Assembly (NCBI RefSeq): GCF_002682985.1 | Contig: NZ_MKGN01000021.1 | Span: forward strand, 1-10,719 | Reading direction: 5' to 3' | Length of the DNA: 10,719 nucleotides | From: Candidatus Tremblayella phenacoccinincola | GTDB taxonomy: Bacteria > Pseudomonadota > Gammaproteobacteria > Burkholderiales > Burkholderiaceae | Shown here: positions 7,676 to 10,719 of the stretch, piece by piece | How the letters are laid out: every line of letters starts with the position of its first letter | Position numbering within the stretch: the stretch's first letter is position 1 | Notes under the pieces: generated by a model | What the model saw: only the letters and a program-made list of their open reading frames with translations | Database searches by the model: none | Told to the model about the DNA's origin: nothing | Position numbers and translations under genes: made by a program

Positions 7676-7750
7676 GGTGACTGTAGTTCAGTTGGTTAGA
7701 ATACTGGCTTGTGAATCCAGTGGTCGTGGGTTCAACCCCCATCAGTCACC
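7676..7750 (+). tRNA. hisR: tRNA-His (anticodon GUG) including the G-1 residue
   Basis: GGTGACTGTAGTTCAGTTGGTTAGAATACTGGCTTGTGAATCCAGTGGTCGTGGGTTCAACCCCCATCAGTCACC is near-identical in layout to E. coli hisR. An extra 5' G opposes C73, the His hallmark. The anticodon stem has a C31.U39 mismatch. CCA is not encoded. Confidence 0.93.
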
Positions 7751-7763
7751 TCCAATCCTATAA

Positions 7764-7845
7764 GCGAAGGTGGCGAAACTGGTAAACGCACTAGTCTCAG
7801 AAGCTAGTATCTTAATCTATAAGGGTTCGAGTCCCTTTCTTCGCA
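7764..7845 (+). tRNA. leuT: tRNA-Leu (anticodon CAG), class II
   Basis: GCGAAGGTGGCGAAACTGGTAAACGCACTAGTCTCAGAAGCTAG...GGGTTCGAGTCCCTTTCTTCGCA. The anticodon loop is CTCAGAA, there is a long variable arm, and A73 is present. It sits between His and Pro as in the E. coli argX-hisR-leuT-proM operon. Confidence 0.93.
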
Positions 7846-7859
7846 ATATACGGTTAAGC

Positions 7860-7933
7860 CGGTGAGTAGCGCAGCTTGGTAGCGTAACTGGTTTGGGACC
7901 AGTGGGTCGGAGGTTCAAATCCTCTCTCACCGA
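7860..7933 (+). tRNA. proM: tRNA-Pro (anticodon UGG)
   Basis: CGGTGAGTAGCGCAGCTTGGTAGCGTAACTGGTTTGGGACCAGTGGGTCGGAGGTTCAAATCCTCTCTCACCGA is almost identical to E. coli proM. The anticodon loop is TTTGGGA. Confidence 0.95.
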
Positions 7934-8016
7934 CAGTAGGTATCTTGAAGATTAATAATAACATTAAGCTAGAAGCCCCCAGACATTTCTCCCATTATGT
8001 ATTCAAGAAAGCGTGT

Positions 8017-8760
8017 ATGTATGGTAAAAAGATAAAGCTAATATGGAATACTATTAAGTTAGAAGCTAAGCTATTAACAGGCTATGAGTCTATACTAAAA
8101 AAGCCCCTCTACAATAGATTTATAGGACATAAAGCATTTAACAGCTCATTATTGTATAGCTTAACAAAGAATCTAAAAGACAATCCTATAATAAAAGCTA
8201 TAACTATAAGAACGCTATATAATATACATATGTATATTCCAAAGCTAGAACCATTTGCTATTCAAGATATCTATATGGTATTCCTAAAAGATCCAATAAT
8301 AAATAAGTATATCATGCCAATGCTATATTTAAAAGGATTCCACGCTATAGTAGTATATCGTATATACAGCTGCTTTTGGAATCGAAATAAACAGCTCTTA
8401 TCTACCTATATCCAAAATAAGATATCAGTAGTTCTAAACATAGATATTCACCCAGCTGCATATATTTATAATGGGACAGTATTTGATCATGCAACTGGGG
8501 TTGTAATAGGTGAAACATCAGTATTAAAGAAAGGTATCTCTATTTTACAGCAGGTAACATTAGGAGGTTCTGGTAAACTAAAAGGTAACAGACATCCTAA
8601 AATAAATGAAGAAGTAACTATTGGAGCTGGAACATCAGTATTAGGTAATATAAAGATAGATAATAAAGTAAAGCTAGGAGCTGGTTCAGTAGTATTACAT
8701 TCAATCCCAACCCGTAAAACAGCTGTTGGTATTCCAGCTAACATAATAACAAGCACTTAA
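8017..8760 (+). CDS. cysE: Serine O-acetyltransferase, lacking the C-terminal tail
   Basis: From ATG 8017 the product is 247 aa and aligns from residue 1 with E. coli CysE: MYGKKIKLIWNTIKLEAK versus MSCEELEIVWNNIKAEAR. Further matches are LYLKGFHA, DIHPAA, DHATGVVIGET and the hexapeptide repeats. The tracked ORF opens at TTG 7945, only 11 nt after tRNA-Pro, and that extension has no SAT counterpart. Confidence 0.9.
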   Translation: MYGKKIKLIWNTIKLEAKLLTGYESILKKPLYNRFIGHKAFNSSLLYSLTKNLKDNPIIKAITIRTLYNIHMYIPKLEPFAIQDIYMVFLKDPIINKYIMPMLYLKGFHAIVVYRIYSCFWNRNKQLLSTYIQNKISVVLNIDIHPAAYIYNGTVFDHATGVVIGETSVLKKGISILQQVTLGGSGKLKGNRHPKINEEVTIGAGTSVLGNIKIDNKVKLGAGSVVLHSIPTRKTAVGIPANIITST

Positions 8761-8769
8761 TACGGTTCT

Positions 8770-10320
8770 TTATTGAATCGCTTTTAAAGTCCGCATAGTT
8801 GGAAACAATATAACATCTCGTATATTACTGGCATTAGCTAAAACCATAACTAACCGATCTATACCAATACCTAATCCAGCAGTTGGTGGTAGTCCGTATT
8901 CTAAAGACTTAATATAGTCAGCTTCATATAAGCCTAACCTATCATTAGGTTCTTTTTCTTTTAATTGGTTTATAAAAGCTAATGATTGTTCACTTGAGTC
9001 ATTCAGCTCCGAAAACCCATTACCAACTTCTTTACCATTTATAAACACTTCAAAACGTTCACTTAAAAAAGGATTTCTATCTAAACGACGCGCAAGAGGA
9101 GATACTTCAGAAGGGTAGTTAATAATAAAGGTAGTCTGTTTCAACATGCTTTCCACAACTCTTTTAAATATATGTGTTTGAACCTTACCTAAACCCCATT
9201 CCTTTTCTAGCTTAATATCTAAAGAGCTAGCAATATCTTTAGTTAGCTTAATATCAGTTAGATCAGCATAGGTTATGGATGAACAAAAGCTACATATTGA
9301 TTCTAACATTGGTATCTTAATAAAGGCTTTACTAATAGCTAATACAATATTACCATAGTTAATAGTATTTCTACCTAATATGCTTTTAGTAATGTATTTA
9401 AATAGGTCTTCAACTAACTCCATAAGTACAATATAGTTAGCATAAGCCATATATAGTTCCATCATAGTAAACTCAGGATTATGGTAAGCTGAAAGTCCTT
9501 CGTTTCGAAAGCTACGGTTAATTTCAAATATCTTTTCAAAACCACCTACTACCAAGCGTTTCATATATAGTTCAGGTGCTACCCGTAAATACATATCAAT
9601 ATTCAAAGTATTATGATGAGTGATGAATGGTCGTGCAAGGGCACCTCCTGGTATTAAGTGCATCATAGGAGTTTCTACTTCAATATAGCTATTGCTCAAC
9701 ATATAGCTTCGTAGTTCTGATATAATATGTGTTCTAGCTTTAAATATATATCGAGCTCTTTCATTATAAACTAAGTCTAAATACCGTTGTCGATAACATA
9801 GTTCTTTATTTATTAGTCCATGATATTTATTAGGTAAAGGCCTAACAGGTTTAGTTAATAGACGTATATCATAGCAACATATAGATAGCTCTCCTGCTTT
9901 TGTTTTAAATAGCTTACCACAAGCACCAACTATATCTCCTAATTCTAATAGGTTAGCTTGTTCTTTATATGTAGAACAGGTGTCACAAGATATGTATAGC
10001 TGTATATAACCACCCGTATCTTGTAGAGTCAGAAAAGATAGTTTACCAAAGCTGCGTATATTAGTTATTCTACCAGCAGTTGCTATGTTAAGATTTAATA
10101 TAGTTAAAAGCTCTTTGGGTTTATTAGAATAGCTTAAACGTATTCTATTAGCTATGGTATTTCTGCGAAAGCTATTTGGATATATAGTAGAAGCTTTTAT
10201 AGAACACAAGCTTAACAACTTATATTTACGTCTATAATACTCACTATCAATAAAGGCTTTTGATATTCTATATTGTATAGATGAACCATACCTAAGAGGT
10301 TCTATAATAAACATATCCAT
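8770..10320 (-). CDS. lysS: Lysine--tRNA ligase (class II)
   Basis: The ORF is colinear with E. coli LysS (505 aa). Matches include YPNSFRR, LFKTKxGELSI, YRQRYLDL, EVETPMM, ARPFITHHN, FRNEGxSxxHNPEFTMME, GNGFSELND and LPPTAGLGIGIDRLVM. I prefer ATG 10320 (516 aa) because AAGGAG lies 6 nt upstream. The tracked ORF starts 7 codons earlier at ATG 10341 and overlaps the prfB stop. Confidence 0.93.
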   Translation of the reverse strand: MDMFIIEPLRYGSSIQYRISKAFIDSEYYRRKYKLLSLCSIKASTIYPNSFRRNTIANRIRLSYSNKPKELLTILNLNIATAGRITNIRSFGKLSFLTLQDTGGYIQLYISCDTCSTYKEQANLLELGDIVGACGKLFKTKAGELSICCYDIRLLTKPVRPLPNKYHGLINKELCYRQRYLDLVYNERARYIFKARTHIISELRSYMLSNSYIEVETPMMHLIPGGALARPFITHHNTLNIDMYLRVAPELYMKRLVVGGFEKIFEINRSFRNEGLSAYHNPEFTMMELYMAYANYIVLMELVEDLFKYITKSILGRNTINYGNIVLAISKAFIKIPMLESICSFCSSITYADLTDIKLTKDIASSLDIKLEKEWGLGKVQTHIFKRVVESMLKQTTFIINYPSEVSPLARRLDRNPFLSERFEVFINGKEVGNGFSELNDSSEQSLAFINQLKEKEPNDRLGLYEADYIKSLEYGLPPTAGLGIGIDRLVMVLANASNIRDVILFPTMRTLKAIQ

Positions 10321-10322
10321 AT
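10284..10322. repeat. 39-bp direct repeat copy A, in the lysS 5' end
   Basis: aaccatacctaagaggttctataataaacatatccatat versus 10336-10374 aaccatacctaagagtttctataataaacatatctatat is 37/39 identical at an offset of 52 bp. Confidence 0.9.
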
Positions 10323-10326
10323 AACG

Positions 10327-10332
10327 CTCCTT
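10327..10332 (-). promoter_or_regulatory. Shine-Dalgarno AAGGAG for lysS, overlapping the prfB TAA stop
   Basis: The minus strand reads ...GGT TTA TAA GGAGCGTTAT ATG GAT ATG. AAGGAG lies 6 nt before ATG 10320, and the stop codon shares its two A residues with the SD. Confidence 0.5.
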
Positions 10333-10719
10333 ATAAACCATACCTAAGAGTTTCTATAATAAACATATCTATATTACCATTTAATACTGACTGAACATCT
10401 CGTGTTTCTAAATCTGTACGAAGGTCTTTAACAAGTGAACTATCTAAAATATATGATCTAATTTGATTACCCCAACTAATACTAAACTTAGAGGCCTCAA
10501 TGGTTTTCTTTTCAATAGTCTTTTTAGAGAGTTCAAACTGATATAGCTTAGACTTCAACTGCTTTAACGCATATTCTTTATTCCTATGTTGAGATCTACT
10601 GCTTTGACACTGAGTTGTTATATTAGTTGGTAAGTGTGTTATCCTAACAGCTGACTCTGTTTTATTAACATGCTGTCCTCCAGCCCCTGAAGAACGAAAT
10701 GTGTCTATTCTTAGGTCAG
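10331..10719 (-). CDS. prfB: Peptide chain release factor 2, 3' portion; the 5' end lies beyond the window
   Basis: The frame is open to the window edge; the track shows only the part after an internal TTG. It reads [31 protein letters not shown]...[24 protein letters not shown]...[21 protein letters not shown]...LRYGL*. It has the GGQ motif and the RF2-type tail (E. coli [21 protein letters not shown]...LKAGL), and sits immediately upstream of lysS as in E. coli. Confidence 0.92.
   Translation of the reverse strand, partial: DLRIDTFRSSGAGGQHVNKTESAVRITHLPTNITTQCQSSRSQHRNKEYALKQLKSKLYQFELSKKTIEKKTIEASKFSISWGNQIRSYILDSSLVKDLRTDLETRDVQSVLNGNIDMFIIETLRYGL
10336..10374. repeat. 39-bp direct repeat copy B, in the prfB 3' end
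   Basis: See copy A. It encodes the prfB tail ...[12 protein letters not shown], whereas copy A encodes lysS MDMFIIEPLRYG. Confidence 0.9.

Noticed and set aside
7945-8066. TTG-initiated 24-codon extension of cysE, and a 14-mer repeat in the same frame. attaagctagaagc at 7963-7976 matches attaagttagaagc at 8053-8066 (13/14), giving NNIKLEA / NTIKLEA.
   Set aside because: The extension has no counterpart in SAT, and ATG 8017 aligns exactly with the E. coli N-terminus. A rough estimate suggests about one 13/14 match between nearby positions by chance in an AT-rich 10-kb window. It may be a decayed 5' duplication like the lysS one, but it is not significant on its own.
8487-8756. 89-aa minus-strand ORF antisense to the cysE hexapeptide-repeat region
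   Set aside because: It is a typical antisense shadow of a left-handed beta-helix repeat region, with no independent support.
10559-10719. Search for the programmed +1 frameshift site of prfB
   Set aside because: The frameshift site lies near codon 26 of RF2. That is beyond the right edge of this window, so nothing can be said about it here.
1-10719. Scan for CRISPR arrays, insertion sequences, integrases, phage or defence genes, and recoded stop codons
   Set aside because: None were seen. All long ORFs are housekeeping or cysteine-pathway genes with intact frames, Trp is encoded by TGG, and the only significant repeats are the two pairs reported (R1/R2 and the prfB-lysS junction).

Overview
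This is a very AT-rich, gene-dense window, with GC in the high 20s percent by eye and higher only in the RNA genes. The proteins align end to end with Enterobacterales orthologues but are often shortened. That pattern fits a reduced gammaproteobacterial genome, such as an insect nutritional endosymbiont; this identification is an inference. Minus-strand content: an unexplained GC-rich structured segment (1-233), RNase P RNA (rnpB), aspS, a doubtful small ORF, tRNA-Ser(UGA) and rlmB. Plus-strand content: cysJ-cysI-cysH (assimilatory sulfite/PAPS reduction), a tRNA-His/Leu/Pro cluster (the hisR-leuT-proM order of E. coli) and cysE. On the minus strand again, lysS and the 3' part of prfB keep the E. 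coli prfB-lysS synteny. I see no CRISPR array, transposase, integrase, phage, toxin or defence genes, and no convincing novel multi-gene system; this is mostly ordinary housekeeping and cysteine-biosynthesis DNA. Points worth a second look are listed here. (1) The GC-rich, repeat-built long hairpin downstream of rnpB. (2) A 29-nt direct repeat bracketing rnpB, one copy of which contains the aspS stop codon. (3) A 39-bp duplication that copies the prfB 3' end into the lysS 5' end. (4) CysE without its C-terminal regulatory tail and CysJ without its N-terminal oligomerisation segment. (5) A strong window-wide excess of the palindrome AGCT. (6) tRNAs embedded in a same-strand string of cys genes.
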